Assembly: GCA_905212345.1 (NCBI GenBank)
Contig: CAJMEC010000004.1
Span: forward strand, 10,326 to 74,325
Reading direction: 5' to 3'
Length of the DNA: 64,000 bases
From: an uncultured Sutterella sp.
Lineage (GTDB): Bacteria > Pseudomonadota > Gammaproteobacteria > Burkholderiales > Burkholderiaceae_F
Below, piece after piece: positions 10,901 to 22,115 of the stretch. The notes below the pieces were generated by a model. It saw only the letters and a list, made by a program, of their open reading frames with translations. It searched no databases and was not told where the DNA came from. The position numbers were made by a program, and so were the translations under genes. Position 1 is the first letter of the stretch, and each line of letters starts with the position of its first letter.

Positions 10901-11855
10901 TGAAGAGTCACGCGGCCAATTGCAAAAAGCATGGACCGAAGTGTCGTGGCAGATTGCTCGCATGCGTGATAATCCTGCCTGCGCAGATCAGGAATACGCT
11001 CGCTGCACAATGGAAGATGATACGGGACTTTTTGTCCGCACAACCTTTGATACCGAAGAGGATATTGCGGCACCGTTTATTGCTTCCGGTGCTCGTCCGC
11101 GTATCGCCATTTTGCGTGAGCAGGGGGTTAACAGTCAGACCGAAATGGCTGCCGCATTTACAAGAGCCGGCTTTGAAGCGATTGATGTTCATATGACAGA
11201 TCTTTTGTCCGGCAGAAGCGATCTTAAGGATTTTGCTGGTTTGGCTGCTTGCGGTGGGTTCTCCTACGGTGACGTTTTAGGTGCCGGTGGCGGTTGGGCA
11301 ACAACCATTTTGCGTAATCCCAAGATGGTTGAAATGTTCTCAGCGTTCTTTAACCGTCCTGATACATTTGCCTTAGGTATTTGTAACGGTTGCCAGATGA
11401 TGAGTCATCTGCGTAACATTATCCCTGGCGCAAGCCATTGGCCGCAGTTTGTTCGCAATGTCAGTGAGCAATTTGAGGCGAGATTAGTTGAGGTTGAAGT
11501 CATGAAGAGCCCGTCTATTTTCTTTGACGGTATGGCGGGCAGCATGATGCCGATCGTTAATTCTCACGGAGAAGGTCACGTTCAATGGTTGTCGGCAGAA
11601 GATGCTAAATTGGCTACTTTGGCCGCTCGTTACGTGGATCCGGCCGGTCGTCCGACAGAGCTCTACCCGTTTAATCCGAACGGTTCACCCGACGGCATTA
11701 CCGGTGTTACGACTCCCGACGGACGCTTTACGATCATGATGCCGCACCCTGAACGTACGCATCGTACAGTTCAAATGAGTTGGGCTCCTGATACGTTAGG
11801 TGAATTCAGTCCGTGGATGAGAATGTTCAGAAACGCGAGAAAGTTTGTCGGTTAA
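7908..11855 (+). CDS. purL: Phosphoribosylformylglycinamidine synthase (single-chain FGAM synthase)
   Basis: 1315 aa, the right length for large PurL. Has the N-terminal FGAM synthase region, AIR-synthase-related domains and a C-terminal class-I glutamine amidotransferase (GICNGCQMM with catalytic Cys, and HPERT). Confidence 0.95.
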   Translation: MSNTASMFTLMASSALSEFRAARLLKRIREVAPAAQGVSARFVHFVHAQKALTEDESARLQALLHYGFDSEDVKADATFMVIPRLGTISPWASKATDIAHNCGLDVIVRIERGTLYNIDFNGQIPNESVLTQVAGVLHDRMTESVVQADFDASKLFLELPGKPMVTVDLLKEGRQALADANLSMGLAMSEDEIDYLTEAFTKAKRNPTDVELMMFAQANSEHCRHKIFNAKWTIDGKDQDTTLFGMIRETHKAHPQGTIVAYSDNAAIFEGTKVPRLYPRTPEGEAFGRVFTEEEELTHTVFKVETHNHPTAISPFPGASTGSGGEIRDEGATGRGARPKAGLCGFTVSSLQLPEAPQDWENDKDVTNAADHTDKKYGKPGRIASPLSIMIDGPLGGAAFNNEFGRPNVLGYFRVFENNTGGTRYGYHKPIMLAGGIGNIRNDQTHKTGLPPGTLLISLGGPGMRIGLGGGAASSMTTGSNSEALDFDSVQRGNPEMERRAQEVIDRCWASGDKNPILAIHDVGAGGLSNAMPELADLSGHGAKLDLTKVPVEESGMSPLEIWCNESQERYSIAIAPESLEVFDQICKRERCPYAVLGAISEDNTLVVVRGEKQSPAVDMPMEVLLGKAPRMHRTVEHVEQHLPEFEAKGIDLANAVKDVLRHPTVGSKNFLITIGDRTVGGLVHRDQMVGPWQVPVADAAVTNISFVGHRGEAMSMGERTPLAIADAAAASRMAIGEAVTNITSADIELGLVKLSANWMAACGTKGEDAKLFDAVRAASVVCQEMGLAIPVGKDSLSMKTTWDDDGEKKTVTSPVSLIVSAAAPVRDVRLSLTPQLRTDIGSVLVAIDLGGGKNRMAGSILSQVTQQFGSQTPDLDDPKKLQAFVKLVRKLTLAGCVLAYHDRADGGLLATVAEMMFAGHTGVRLDLTSMTKTHGVEDVIPALFNEELGAVLQIRADRIEEVHAAVKEAGLADCTHFVGEVTQDDALQIHAHGQKLYEESRGQLQKAWTEVSWQIARMRDNPACADQEYARCTMEDDTGLFVRTTFDTEEDIAAPFIASGARPRIAILREQGVNSQTEMAAAFTRAGFEAIDVHMTDLLSGRSDLKDFAGLAACGGFSYGDVLGAGGGWATTILRNPKMVEMFSAFFNRPDTFALGICNGCQMMSHLRNIIPGASHWPQFVRNVSEQFEARLVEVEVMKSPSIFFDGMAGSMMPIVNSHGEGHVQWLSAEDAKLATLAARYVDPAGRPTELYPFNPNGSPDGITGVTTPDGRFTIMMPHPERTHRTVQMSWAPDTLGEFSPWMRMFRNARKFVG

Positions 11856-11888
11856 GTTCCGGTAACTTTTAAGGTTCTCGTATGATCA

Positions 11889-11926
11889 AGCCTCCGCAAC
11901 CTCATGGAAACGGAGGCTTTGTCATT
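11889..11926 (+). terminator. Intrinsic terminator after purL
   Basis: agcctccg...cggaggct hairpin followed by TTGTCATTT. Confidence 0.6.
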
Positions 11927-11933
11927 TGAATGA

Positions 11934-12578
11934 GTGAAAATGCCATTTGATTTGTGGTTGAGTTTTACAATTGCCGCTGCTGTGTTAGCGGTGGCTCCTG
12001 GTCCGGATAATTTGTTTGTTTTGCTTCAATCGGCCATGTATGGAGCGCGCGCCGGTGTTTTTGTCACACTGGGGCTTTGTGTAGGGGTATTTATTCAGAC
12101 TTTATTAGCTGCCTTCGGTGTCGCAGCTGTCGTGGCCGCTTCGCCCACGCTTTTAATGATTATCCAGTTCGCAGGCGCCGCTTATCTGCTCTATCTTGCT
12201 TGGGGAGCCTGGAACGCACCGGTCGGTGATAAAAGTGGGGAGTCATCTAAAAAATATCCTCGTCTGACTAATTTTCAGCTCTGGCGTCGTGGCATTTTGA
12301 TGAATATCACCAATCCAAAGGTGCTGATTTTTTTCTTGGCTTTTTTCCCACAATTTATCATTAAAGGATCAACTGAATCTCAAGTCATGGTTCAGATGCT
12401 GATTATGGGAATAACTTTTTTAGTTTGCACTTTAGTTGTGTTTGGCGCTATTGCCTGGTGCGCCGGAACTTTAGCTGATCGTTTGCGCAGTCCTAAAGTT
12501 CAGACTATTCTTAACAAGGTCAGTGCGGTTATTTTTACTGTCTTGGCTATTTCTACACTTCTTTGGAAAGCTAATTAG
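11934..12578 (+). CDS. LysE/RhtB family amino-acid exporter
   Basis: 214 aa, six predicted TM segments, N-terminal ...AVAPGPDNLFVL signature of the RhtB/LysE translocators. Start is GTG at 11934, with ATG 11940 as an alternative. Confidence 0.75.
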   Translation: MKMPFDLWLSFTIAAAVLAVAPGPDNLFVLLQSAMYGARAGVFVTLGLCVGVFIQTLLAAFGVAAVVAASPTLLMIIQFAGAAYLLYLAWGAWNAPVGDKSGESSKKYPRLTNFQLWRRGILMNITNPKVLIFFLAFFPQFIIKGSTESQVMVQMLIMGITFLVCTLVVFGAIAWCAGTLADRLRSPKVQTILNKVSAVIFTVLAISTLLWKAN

Positions 12579-12592
12579 GAAAGGTAAGACCT

Positions 12593-13822
12593 ATGAATGA
12601 AGCCCGAAAGCAAGACTTTATCCTAATCACGCTTTTGGGCGTGGCTCATGGGTTGTCACACTATTTTCATTTAATTATTCCACCGCTTTTCCCATGGATC
12701 ATGCCTGAATTCGGCACGAGTTTCGCTCAGATGGGAGCGGTGATGACTATCTTTTTCATCTGCAGTTCGTTGGGTCAGGCTACAAGCGGTATTCTCGTTG
12801 ATAAATTCGGCGCAAAAGTCTGTCTGTATGGCGGCGTCTCGTTACTGATGATTGCCGGTTTTCTTTTCAGCATTGCACAAAATTATTGGTGGTTTTACCC
12901 GGTAGCCGCCTGCGCGGGTTTAGGCAATAGTGTTTTCCATCCAACCGATTATTCCATCATGAACCGGTGCATTACCAATGAACGTTTACCGTTTGCCTTT
13001 TCAATTCATTCGGTGGTCGGTAATATCGGTTGGGCTTTGGCGCCGATTTTTATGGTTGCGGTAGCGACTTATACGCAAAGTTGGCGTTTGGCTGCGGCCA
13101 CTGCTGGCATTATGGCTTTGATTGTGCTGGTGGTTCTTCTTTTCCACAATTCTCTTTTTGATCGGGCATTGGCTCAGGGCAATGGTTTAACAAAGGAAGA
13201 AAAGCAAAATGATGCTAAAGGCGATGCGGGATTTGCTTTTCTAAAACTTTTAGTTGTTTGGCTTTGCTTTCTGTTCTTTTTCTGCAATTCATTTGCGTTG
13301 GGTATTTTGCAGAATTACGCGCCGTCGATTTTCAATGCCACTTATCATGTTGGGCTTGAGATCGCGACGGCAGGTTTAACGGCCTACATGGTCGGCTCCA
13401 TCGTTGGAGTACTGTCCGGAGCCTACATTGCTAAGGCGTTTAAACGAAGCGATCATGTTATCGCAGCGAGCATGTCGTTTTCTGCGGTGATGGCGATTTT
13501 ACTTGCTTGGCAAGGCTTAGGTGCGTGGTGCGTTCTACCCCTAATGGGAATCATGGGGCTTGGGGTCGGTGTTGCTACACCGTCACGGGATTTGTTGATC
13601 CGCGGAGCCTGTATGAAATTTTTAGGCAGCCACAGCTTTGGCCGCGTATACGGTTTTACGTACTGCGGAATGGATGTGGGGCAGACCCTGGCTCCGCTTG
13701 TTGCCGGTCCCTTGCTAGATGCCGGATTCTTCTCAATGGCTCTTGTGCTTGTCGGTCTATTTCAAACCGGGGCGCTTTTGACGGCATTAGGTGTAGGACA
13801 GCAAAAAGAGAAAGTGTCTTAG
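12593..13822 (+). CDS. MFS transporter
   Basis: 409 aa, about 12 hydrophobic helices with a central cytoplasmic loop. No substrate assignment possible. Confidence 0.6.
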   Translation: MNEARKQDFILITLLGVAHGLSHYFHLIIPPLFPWIMPEFGTSFAQMGAVMTIFFICSSLGQATSGILVDKFGAKVCLYGGVSLLMIAGFLFSIAQNYWWFYPVAACAGLGNSVFHPTDYSIMNRCITNERLPFAFSIHSVVGNIGWALAPIFMVAVATYTQSWRLAAATAGIMALIVLVVLLFHNSLFDRALAQGNGLTKEEKQNDAKGDAGFAFLKLLVVWLCFLFFFCNSFALGILQNYAPSIFNATYHVGLEIATAGLTAYMVGSIVGVLSGAYIAKAFKRSDHVIAASMSFSAVMAILLAWQGLGAWCVLPLMGIMGLGVGVATPSRDLLIRGACMKFLGSHSFGRVYGFTYCGMDVGQTLAPLVAGPLLDAGFFSMALVLVGLFQTGALLTALGVGQQKEKVS

Positions 13823-13894
13823 CCTGAAAAAACATTAATGCCATTGAGCAATGAACGGGCAAAAGAATGGCATTGAGACAATGAGATGACGTAG

Positions 13895-13942
13895 AAAAAA
13901 GGGGATTTCAGCGAGCCTTTAACTGGCCCTTGAACTTCCCCT
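13895..13942 (-). terminator. Intrinsic terminator for the minus-strand PPIase gene
   Basis: On the minus strand, aaggggaagttc...gaaatcccctt hairpin followed by TTTTTT. Confidence 0.5.
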
Positions 13943-13964
13943 TATCATAAAAAGTTCAAGTGTA

Positions 13965-14759
13965 TTACTTGCCGACTTTAATATTGGCTTTTTGGAAGAG
14001 TTCCTGAATGTTTTGTTGAACCTTCGTTTGAACCAACATGTTCTTGTAGTGATCCTTACTCTTGCTGTATTCAGGGAAGAGCTGAGCCTTACGGGAATCA
14101 TCCACGCGAATGATGTAATAGCCGCCGTTGGCACGGATAGGCACTTCGGTATAGTCACCGTCATCGAGTGAGCGGATCGCCAAACCGATCATTTGCGGGA
14201 AATTAGCAGAAGACGTCCAGTTATCGATCTTGCCGCCCTTATCTTTGGTGCTCTTATCCATGGAATACTTCTTGGCCACGTCAGCGAACTTATCACCGTC
14301 CTTCAAAGCTTCCGTTACCTTCTTGGCATCGGCTTCGGTCTTAACCGTAATGATGCTGACCTTGTATTCCTTATCGCCGTATGCTTTCTTTTGTTCTTCG
14401 TAGAACTTCTTCACATCAGCTTCTTTAACCGGATTCTTCTTGGCGAAATCCGCTATAAGGGCGTTAATGAGCACACTGTCACGAGCGTTATTGATTGCAT
14501 CACGAACTTCGGCACGGTTGGCGAGCTTCTTGCGGTTAGCTTCCTGCAAAAGAACTTCCTTCTGGATGAGCTGGTTGCGAACCTGCATTTCCAACTCGGG
14601 CGTTCTCTTTTGACCATTTTTAACGATTTGTTGAATGATCTTTTCTTGAGCTTGAGCAGAAATCGTCTTGCCGTTGACAGTGACAGCGGTCGGTGCCGCC
14701 AACGCCATCGTGGAGGCCAGGGCCAAGGACAAACCGATGACTAAAGCTTTGTGTTGCAT
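13965..14759 (-). CDS. Secreted PpiC/parvulin-type peptidyl-prolyl isomerase (SurA/PrsA-like)
   Basis: Signal peptide MQHKALVIGLSLALASTMALAAP. N-terminal SurA-N-like helical region and a C-terminal parvulin-like region (...GGYYIIRVDD). Start chosen at the ATG (14759) that has a GAGGA RBS. The six-frame ORF extends to 14777. Confidence 0.6.
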   Translation of the reverse strand: MQHKALVIGLSLALASTMALAAPTAVTVNGKTISAQAQEKIIQQIVKNGQKRTPELEMQVRNQLIQKEVLLQEANRKKLANRAEVRDAINNARDSVLINALIADFAKKNPVKEADVKKFYEEQKKAYGDKEYKVSIITVKTEADAKKVTEALKDGDKFADVAKKYSMDKSTKDKGGKIDNWTSSANFPQMIGLAIRSLDDGDYTEVPIRANGGYYIIRVDDSRKAQLFPEYSKSKDHYKNMLVQTKVQQNIQELFQKANIKVGK

Positions 14760-14786
14760 AAATATCCTCAATAACAAAAAGAATAA

Positions 14787-15386
14787 TTAATTATGATGTC
14801 CTGTATTTTGCGCTTCTTCAGCGTATTTGGCGACATAAAATCCAAGCCCAATTGTAAAAAGAAGTGTCAGACCCAAAAGGCCGAAGAGCTTGAAGTCCAC
14901 CCAAATATCCATACTGAAAGTATAAGCAACAAAAATATTAATAAAACCGATGGCAATTAAAAAGATGAGACAAAAGTTCTCAACTTTTTTCCATGCATGA
15001 TCAGGCATGGAAATGCCGGTGAAAACTTTTTTAATGTAATCCTTTTTACCAAAGCGACCGAAAAGCAAGATGGCGGCAAAAAGCCAATAAAGTAAAGTAG
15101 GCTTCCATTGAATAAAGGCCGGATCCTGAAAAGCAATCGTCATTCCGCCGAAAAGCACAACCAAAAGGGTGGAGAAAATGGCCATTTTGGAAGGTTTTTC
15201 ACCCTTCATATAAATAAAGCCCATTTGAATAATGCTGGCCACAATGATGACCGCGGTGGCACTTACAATGGGAATGAGGTCGGCTGCAACCGGAACAATC
15301 GGAGCCAATTCAGATGTATAAGAGCCAGCAACTTTGAAGGTAATGAAAAAGCAGATAACGGGTAGGAGATCGAAAAAGGCCTTCAC
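14787..15386 (-). CDS. yciB: Intracellular septation protein A (YciB/IspZ)
   Basis: About 199 aa, collinear with E. coli YciB from the first residue (MKAFFDLLPVICFFITFK vs MKQFLDFLPLVVFFAFYK). GTG start. Confidence 0.75.
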   Translation of the reverse strand: MKAFFDLLPVICFFITFKVAGSYTSELAPIVPVAADLIPIVSATAVIIVASIIQMGFIYMKGEKPSKMAIFSTLLVVLFGGMTIAFQDPAFIQWKPTLLYWLFAAILLFGRFGKKDYIKKVFTGISMPDHAWKKVENFCLIFLIAIGFINIFVAYTFSMDIWVDFKLFGLLGLTLLFTIGLGFYVAKYAEEAQNTGHHN

Positions 15387-15549
15387 AATAAATATTCACT
15401 GTAAGTAATGACTTCAGCACTATACCTTAAACAGCTATAACTGTCTAAGGCGGCAATATTCCGATACACTTAGGAACTTTCGTACTAAATGTTGTGGATC
15501 AAATTGATTACACTAACGTCGTTCCTGTTTGAAAGCGAAGGACGACTCC

Positions 15550-18315
15550 ATGAATAAAAAACAAAAATGGCTTGCTGCGGCCGGCATCGTTGTTGTGTGC
15601 GCGGTGGGCTTTACATTTTGGCAAAAGGACTCGAGTACCCCTATGAATGACGCATCATCCGTTGTACAGAATACAGAAACCGCTCAGATGGTAGTGACCG
15701 TGGAAGGTGTTACGGAATACCGTTTAGCCAATGGTTTGCGGGTTTTGCTTTTTCCGGATTTCAGCAAACCGACCATTACTGTCAATATGACCTATTTGGT
15801 GGGCTCACGCCATGAAGGTTATGGCGAAACGGGCATGGCTCACTTACTTGAACACCTGATGTTTAAGGGGTCAAAGAATTATCCGGAACCGACAAAGGAA
15901 TTTACGCGCCGCGGTTTCAAGATGAACGGTTCCACTTGGCTTGATCGAACCAATTATTTTGTTTCATTCAATGCCGTTGATGACAATCTCGATTGGGCTC
16001 TCGGCTGGAGTGCCGACGCCATGACCAACTCCTTTATCGCTCAAAAGGATTTGGACACGGAAATGACGGTTGTCCGAAACGAATTTGAAATGGGTGAAAA
16101 TAACCCGGTGAGCGTGCTTTTAAAACGAATGCAGTCAGTTCTTTTCGATTGGCACAACTACGGCAACAGTACGATTGGAGCCAGAAGCGACATCGAAAAT
16201 GTAAAAATTGAAAACTTGCAGGCTTTCTATCGCAAATATTATCAGCCTGACAATGCTGTGTTGATGGTATCCGGTAAGTTCGATGAGGCCGAAACACTCA
16301 AAAAAATTGAACGCATTTTTGGTGCTATTGAAAAGCCCACTCGCGTCTTAGAACAGCAGTGGACTGAAGAGCCCATCGCTGACGGTCCGCGTACCTTTGA
16401 AATTCGTCGCGCAGGTGAAATGAAGGTTGTTGCCGTTGGCTACAGGATTCCTGCAGCTTTGCATCCGGACGCCCAGCTGATCAATCTGGGGGCTGATGTT
16501 TTGGGTGATACACCGCGAGGCCGTTTACACAAAGCACTGGTTGAAACCGGTCTGGCCACTCAAGTCTTTGCTTGGCCGATGCCGGCGCATGATCCGGGTT
16601 TAGCGATGTTTGGCGCCATGTTGCCTAAAGATGGCGATGTGGAAAAAGCCAAAAAGATTCTTATCGAAACAGTTGAATCAACCTTTGAGAAAGAGCCCTT
16701 GCAGGCTGAAGATCTCTCCCTGATGGCAAGGGAAGAAAAAACGCTCTACGAAAGAACTTTTGCCGATCCGGAAACGTTTGGCGTGGATATTTCGGACTTT
16801 ATCGCATTAGGCGACTGGCGGCTCTTCTTTGTTCATCGTGACAGTTGGGAAAAGATGAAACCAGAAGACGTGATGCAGGCTTGGAAACGATATTTTGTCC
16901 GTGATAACCGCGTTGTCGGTACGTTTATTCCGGACAACAAACCGGAGCGCGCGCAAATGACGCCTGCACCGACTTTGGATAAAGTTCTCTCAGAACATCA
17001 TTTCAAGGAACAGGGCCAGGAGGCTGAGGTTTTTGATTCCAGCCCCGCCAATCTCAACGCACGCACTGAACGGTTTGCTATTGGCGACGTTAATGTTGCA
17101 CTTTTACCGAAAAAGACTCGCGGTGAAACGGTTGTGGTCAGGGCGCAATTCCGTTATGGTAACTATGATTCCCGCAAAGATAAGCGGGCCGTGGCGGCTT
17201 TGATGAGCGCCATGCTTGAGCGCGGAACAAAGACTATGAGCCGCGAGGAAATTAACGATGCTTTCACCAAACTTCAGATTGAAGGTGACATCGGACAATT
17301 TACAACCACTCGTGAGCATTTAGCCGAAGCTCTGAATTTGATGGGAGAGCTTTGGACACAGTCGTCCATGCCGCAAAAGGATTTCGATGAATTAAAGGCT
17401 GAGTTCGCCAATGACGTTCAATCCAGAATGGACGATCCGCGCATTCAGGCCCGCGATGCCATCACCGAACACTTCAATCACTATCCGAAGGACGATCCGC
17501 GTTATCGTCTGACGAGCAAGGAGTTGAAGGCGGCTATTGAGAAGAGTTCATTGGATGATGTAAAAAGCTACTATGACAATCAATTCGGAATCGGACGCGG
17601 AGAAATTTCTATTGTCGGGGATTTCGATGCTCAGGCTGTCCGTAGCCAACTTGAAGTATTGCTGAATCAGAAAGCTTCTCAGGTTCCGTATGAACGAATT
17701 GTTCGAGAGCATTTTGATACGCCTGCCACGCGAATCATTATCGATACGCCTGATAAAGAAAACGCAACGATTGTTGCTCGGTTTGATTTTGCCCAGAATA
17801 AAAATGATCCGGGAACCGACGCAATGTTGCTCGCTAACTGGATCTTTGGCGGCAGCTCCGGTCTTTCCAATCGTCTGATGCTTCGTCTTCGTCAGAAAGA
17901 CGGTTTAAGTTACGGCGCAGGCAGCAGTGTCAATATCCCTGCCTTTGGCAATGACGCAAGTTGGACCATGCAAGCCATTTTGGCTCCTCAAAATTTGAGA
18001 AAAGCGGAAATCGCGCTCTACGAAGAAATTGACCGTGTATTAAAAGAAGGCTTTACGCAAGAGGAGTTGGATGAAGCGAAAAAAGGCTTTATCGAATATC
18101 GCGCGGTTAACCGCAGTCAGGATAGCCTTATTGCCTATCATTGGGTACAAATGATGAATGAAGGTGTGGACTGGACGGAAGCCCAAGACCGTGACGAAAC
18201 GGTGCGCAATTTGACTCTGGACGAGGTCAACAGTGCCTTCCGTAAAATGGTTGATCGCAATGGGTTGACGGTTGTTTTGGCCGGCGACCAGAAAAAGGCG
18301 ATGACTCAAGAATAA
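15550..18315 (+). CDS. M16 family zinc metallopeptidase (insulinase/PqqL-like, two-module)
   Basis: Inverted zinc-binding motif HLLEHLMFKGS (HxxEH) plus the downstream Glu (VVRNEFE), and the duplicated M16 fold in the about 920-aa length. Signal peptide MNKKQKWLAAAGIVVVCAVG. Start placed at ATG 15550, which has an AAGGA RBS. The ORF extends to TTG 15529. Confidence 0.8.
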   Translation: MNKKQKWLAAAGIVVVCAVGFTFWQKDSSTPMNDASSVVQNTETAQMVVTVEGVTEYRLANGLRVLLFPDFSKPTITVNMTYLVGSRHEGYGETGMAHLLEHLMFKGSKNYPEPTKEFTRRGFKMNGSTWLDRTNYFVSFNAVDDNLDWALGWSADAMTNSFIAQKDLDTEMTVVRNEFEMGENNPVSVLLKRMQSVLFDWHNYGNSTIGARSDIENVKIENLQAFYRKYYQPDNAVLMVSGKFDEAETLKKIERIFGAIEKPTRVLEQQWTEEPIADGPRTFEIRRAGEMKVVAVGYRIPAALHPDAQLINLGADVLGDTPRGRLHKALVETGLATQVFAWPMPAHDPGLAMFGAMLPKDGDVEKAKKILIETVESTFEKEPLQAEDLSLMAREEKTLYERTFADPETFGVDISDFIALGDWRLFFVHRDSWEKMKPEDVMQAWKRYFVRDNRVVGTFIPDNKPERAQMTPAPTLDKVLSEHHFKEQGQEAEVFDSSPANLNARTERFAIGDVNVALLPKKTRGETVVVRAQFRYGNYDSRKDKRAVAALMSAMLERGTKTMSREEINDAFTKLQIEGDIGQFTTTREHLAEALNLMGELWTQSSMPQKDFDELKAEFANDVQSRMDDPRIQARDAITEHFNHYPKDDPRYRLTSKELKAAIEKSSLDDVKSYYDNQFGIGRGEISIVGDFDAQAVRSQLEVLLNQKASQVPYERIVREHFDTPATRIIIDTPDKENATIVARFDFAQNKNDPGTDAMLLANWIFGGSSGLSNRLMLRLRQKDGLSYGAGSSVNIPAFGNDASWTMQAILAPQNLRKAEIALYEEIDRVLKEGFTQEELDEAKKGFIEYRAVNRSQDSLIAYHWVQMMNEGVDWTEAQDRDETVRNLTLDEVNSAFRKMVDRNGLTVVLAGDQKKAMTQE

Positions 18316-18381
18316 GTTATTTTTTCTGTTAGTAAAAAGCCTTGGTTGACATTTGGTTAACCGAGGCTTTTTAATTGCAAT

Positions 18382-19290
18382 TTAAATACCGTACGGAAGT
18401 GCCAACATCGAAAAAGAAGCACCATTAATTTGGTAGCAGCCACCTTGCATACTCTTTAATGTTACTTCGGCCAGAACAACAGTTTCAGAGCTTGAACTTA
18501 CGCTCATCACAACATTACCGACCGCTTCATTTAGTTGGAAAATATCCGTATTCGCTGAGACCTTGACCGACTCTGCACTCTTTAATACAACCATTCGACG
18601 GGGGGTTGATCCGATGTGTTGAACACGTGAGATGATTTCTTGGCCCGGATAACAACCCTTGTCAAAAACAAGACCGCCGATTTTGTCCAAATTAATCCAT
18701 TGAGGGATGAAGGCCTCTTTTGTCTTTTCAAAAACCCATGGCGTGCCCGTTTCAATTTCACTCTTAAACCATAAAGCGGCATTATCCGTTGAGACCGTAA
18801 AATGATCATTGAGGGTTTGAGTTGATCCAACGGCTATAACTCTGGCTTTATTGTTCCAATCACGAAGACGGCCGATTAAATAACCCTCGCTTAAAACAGC
18901 GTGGTCAACTTCCGGCAAGGGCAGATCCGGAGCAATGAGGCCATAAACGGATAGTTCCTGAGCCTGTCGAATCGTCACTTTGCTCCTCAAAATAAACATG
19001 GAAAGGCGTTTAATGAATCCAGCGACAAGATCGGAGGGCAAAATGAGTAGGTAGACGTCGTTATATTTAACGACACGCATGAGCGCTAGTATTCTGCCTT
19101 GCGGTTGACAATAAGCCGCTAAGCGAAAGGACTCACCGAGATTTCTAATGTGGTTGGTGAATTGACCGTGCAGAAAAGCTTCCGCATCTTCTCCCTTAAC
19201 TTCAAGAACAGAAAATTCTTTAAGTAAAGAAACAAACGGTTTTGTTTCCATCTCGTCTAATGTCCAAGAGCCAGAGATGTGATTTTCCAT
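18382..19290 (-). CDS. ygfZ: Folate-binding Fe-S cluster repair / tRNA-modification protein YgfZ
   Basis: Signature KGCYPGQE motif near the C-terminus, a GcvT-like fold, and the right length (about 300 aa). Start taken at ATG 19290 (GGAG 10 nt upstream). An upstream TTG at 19305 is possible. Confidence 0.75.
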   Translation of the reverse strand: MENHISGSWTLDEMETKPFVSLLKEFSVLEVKGEDAEAFLHGQFTNHIRNLGESFRLAAYCQPQGRILALMRVVKYNDVYLLILPSDLVAGFIKRLSMFILRSKVTIRQAQELSVYGLIAPDLPLPEVDHAVLSEGYLIGRLRDWNNKARVIAVGSTQTLNDHFTVSTDNAALWFKSEIETGTPWVFEKTKEAFIPQWINLDKIGGLVFDKGCYPGQEIISRVQHIGSTPRRMVVLKSAESVKVSANTDIFQLNEAVGNVVMSVSSSSETVVLAEVTLKSMQGGCYQINGASFSMLALPYGI

Positions 19291-19354
19291 GTCAGGCAAC
19301 TCCAAAATTCAATGTAGGCTGTTATTATGAAGGCTTCAAAAAAAATGTGCGAAT

Positions 19355-20410
19355 TTGCCTTCAATGTTTAAATTTAGTACAGACACTATTGAGAAAATTA
19401 AAACGGTGGATAAGCGATATTGGGTCTTGGGACTGGCTGCCGGTGTTGTGGCAGTCGGACTCTTTTTTGTATGCGCCAATCAAATTACTTTTACTGAGGA
19501 GGCGTTATCTAAAAAAGAAATTACCTTCAATGTGCCACCGGGAACTCCTGCCGCCCGTATTCCAGCTCTGCTTGAAAAAGAGGGCGTTGAGGTAAACGAC
19601 TTTTATTTTAAGCTTTCACTTCGTCTGACCGGTGCTCATAAAAACCTTCACGCAGGTTTTTATCGTGTATATCCGGATGATACAGTCGGTAGCATCACTG
19701 AGCGCCTTTCAAAAGGTGAAGCTTATCTCTTTTCCTGGCGTATTCCCGATGGATCCACCTATTGGGAAGTTCGTAAAAGCTTAAATGCCGTGGAGGGCAT
19801 AAAGCACGATTCGCAAGACATGACCGCTGAGGCGCTTCTGTTTGCTATCGGCGCAAAGGAAACTCATCTTGAAGGTCTCTTTGCGCCCGATACGTATAAC
19901 TTCCATGCCAACGTCTCTGACCTTTTGATTTTAAAAAAGGCCTATGAGCAACAACAAGCGATTCTCACCGAAGAGTGGACTAACAGAGGGGCTGACTGTC
20001 AGGTTAATACACCGTACGAAGCCTTGATTCTCGCCAGTATTGTCGAACGCGAGGTCGCCAGAAGTGAAGATCGGGCAATCGTTGCCGGAATTTTCTCTAA
20101 CCGTTTAAGAATAAAGATGCCTCTTCAGACCGACCCGAGTGTGATTTATGGCGAAGGGGAAGCTTTTGGCGGCGATATCAAACGCGAGCACCTGCGAAAA
20201 ATAACGCCTTACAATACGTATCGTTTTGTAGGTTTGCCGCCCACTCCGATTGGCAATCCGACTCGGGAAAGCATTCATGCGGTTTTACATCCGGCTAAAA
20301 CGGATTACCTCTATTTTATTAATAAGGCAAACGGGGATTTAGTTCCTTCGAAGACCTTGGCCGAACACAATCGCGCGGTACGACGTTATATTTTGAATAA
20401 AGGACATTAG
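19355..20410 (+). CDS. mltG: Endolytic murein transglycosylase MltG (YceG family)
   Basis: Collinear with E. coli MltG: N-terminal TM anchor, then ...ASIVEREVA...[20 protein letters not shown]...[19 protein letters not shown]...[10 protein letters not shown]. Start is either TTG 19355 or ATG 19364. Confidence 0.85.
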   Translation: MPSMFKFSTDTIEKIKTVDKRYWVLGLAAGVVAVGLFFVCANQITFTEEALSKKEITFNVPPGTPAARIPALLEKEGVEVNDFYFKLSLRLTGAHKNLHAGFYRVYPDDTVGSITERLSKGEAYLFSWRIPDGSTYWEVRKSLNAVEGIKHDSQDMTAEALLFAIGAKETHLEGLFAPDTYNFHANVSDLLILKKAYEQQQAILTEEWTNRGADCQVNTPYEALILASIVEREVARSEDRAIVAGIFSNRLRIKMPLQTDPSVIYGEGEAFGGDIKREHLRKITPYNTYRFVGLPPTPIGNPTRESIHAVLHPAKTDYLYFINKANGDLVPSKTLAEHNRAVRRYILNKGH

Positions 20411-20414
20411 ACTC

Positions 20415-21023
20415 ATGCGAGGACGTTTCATTACTTTTGAAGGCATTGACGGTGCCGGTAAAAGTACCCAGATTGATGTCATTGAGGAAACGCTTAAAGC
20501 GCGTGGTTTTGAGGTTATTCGCACGCGTGAACCGGGCGGTACACCTTTGGGAGAAGTAATCCGCAAAGAGCTTTTGTCGGTCTCGATGGATCCATCGACC
20601 GAGACGCTTTTATTTTTTGCTTCCAGAGCCGAACATATCGCGCAAGTGATCCGCCCGGCCATTGAGCGCGGTGCTTGGGTCTTAAGCGATCGCTTTACCG
20701 ATGCGACTTACGCCTATCAGGTCGGCGGCCGAGGTTTCCCGGCTCATAAAGTTGAAGAGCTAGAACGATGGACACAGGGGGATTTGCAACCCGATCGAAC
20801 GGTGCTCTTTGATATTGAGCCTGAGGTCGCAGCCGAACGAGTGGCACGAGCCCGAAATCTTGATCGGTTTGAGAAGGAAAATTTAGACTTTTTCAAACGG
20901 GTCCGACAGGCGTATTTGACGAGAGCCAAACAGTCGCCTAACCGTTTCCTTATTATTGACAGCATGCAGGATAAGGACACGGTAAGCGCTATCCTTCGCA
21001 AGGAGTTCTCATCATGGGCATAG
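20415..21023 (+). CDS. tmk: Thymidylate kinase
   Basis: [19 protein letters not shown]-loop, a DRF/DR motif region and lid arginines. 202 aa. Confidence 0.95.
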   Translation: MRGRFITFEGIDGAGKSTQIDVIEETLKARGFEVIRTREPGGTPLGEVIRKELLSVSMDPSTETLLFFASRAEHIAQVIRPAIERGAWVLSDRFTDATYAYQVGGRGFPAHKVEELERWTQGDLQPDRTVLFDIEPEVAAERVARARNLDRFEKENLDFFKRVRQAYLTRAKQSPNRFLIIDSMQDKDTVSAILRKEFSSWA

Positions 21024-22114
21024 CGGTTTATCCCTGGCAAGAGGAACTGGCCCGCGAGCTTGTCAGTTTCAAGGATAATCTCCCCAATGGTCTTCTGGTC
21101 TACGGCCCACGCGGCATCGGAACAATTGACTTAGTCATTGCATATGCAAAGAGTCTGTTTTGCGAGCATCCGCACAAAGATGGGACACCGTGCGGGGAGT
21201 GCAAGGGCTGCAAAATGGCCAACGCCTTTACGCACCCTGATTTGCGCTATGTTGTGAGCGAAGCGGAATCGATTCCTCGAGGCATTCCTTTTGAACCGCC
21301 TTCCAATGCGACAAAAGACAGAAAAATATACCGTGAAATTCTCATTCACCAGCCTCGGGAGCTCACGGACTTTTTAAATTTGGCCCCGCACATTGATAAA
21401 GGACGCCGCATTATTGTGGTCTACCCGGCCGACGCCATTCGAGCCGATGCAGCAGCCACATTCTTGAAAAGTCTTGAAGAGCCTCCCGAAAGAACGACTT
21501 TCCTGTTGGTTGCTGATGATATCGACCGGGTGCTGCCCACCATCCGCTCACGGTGCAGATTGTTAAGAGCCAAAGCTCCAACGCATGAAGAATCGTTGCA
21601 ATGGCTTAAAAGTGTCGGCATTGAAGATGCGCAAGAAGCTTTGGCGCGTGCTGCCGAACGCCCGTGTCTTGTAACCGATGAGCGCGCCATTCGTAATAAC
21701 GCAGAAATTGACGCCAAGGTTCGTGATCAGCTTCTTACATTGACGACAATGGCTCCATCTATTCGAATGGCGCTTTTAAAGACATTGTCTCAAGGACCCT
21801 CGATTGAATTGACCAATATCGCCGTCAAAGAAGGACGGAGCGCTTTGCCGGTGTCTGCCGTATTGCCGGTTTTGGAGCGCTGGAGTTATGACCTCTTGGC
21901 CGTTAAGCAAGGCCTTGAACCTCATTACTTTCCGGCCTATTCACCTCAAATGAAAAGGTTGGTCAGTTCAGTGGACGCTGAGAAGCTTTTTAAATACATT
22001 GATTCACTCAAAGCGATGAGACGGGTTGTCACACATCCGTTAAATGCCCAACTGATTATTGAGCAGGCCATTCTTCGCTATCGAAAAGCAATGGCCAATC
22101 AAGACTTCGACTAA
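21014..22114 (+). CDS. holB: DNA polymerase III delta-prime subunit
   Basis: Overlaps tmk by 10 nt, preserving the conserved mltG-tmk-holB order. Degenerate P-loop YGPRGIG and a zinc module [17 protein letters not shown]; about 366 aa, AAA+ clamp-loader fold implied. Confidence 0.85.
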   Translation: MGIAVYPWQEELARELVSFKDNLPNGLLVYGPRGIGTIDLVIAYAKSLFCEHPHKDGTPCGECKGCKMANAFTHPDLRYVVSEAESIPRGIPFEPPSNATKDRKIYREILIHQPRELTDFLNLAPHIDKGRRIIVVYPADAIRADAAATFLKSLEEPPERTTFLLVADDIDRVLPTIRSRCRLLRAKAPTHEESLQWLKSVGIEDAQEALARAAERPCLVTDERAIRNNAEIDAKVRDQLLTLTTMAPSIRMALLKTLSQGPSIELTNIAVKEGRSALPVSAVLPVLERWSYDLLAVKQGLEPHYFPAYSPQMKRLVSSVDAEKLFKYIDSLKAMRRVVTHPLNAQLIIEQAILRYRKAMANQDFD

Positions 22115-22115
22115 T

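Noticed and set aside
13836-13880. AATGCCATT...AATGGCATT inverted repeat after the MFS gene
   Set aside because: It forms a 9-bp stem with a 20-nt loop and no U-tract, so probably not a terminator. It could still be a protein-binding site but I have no supporting evidence.
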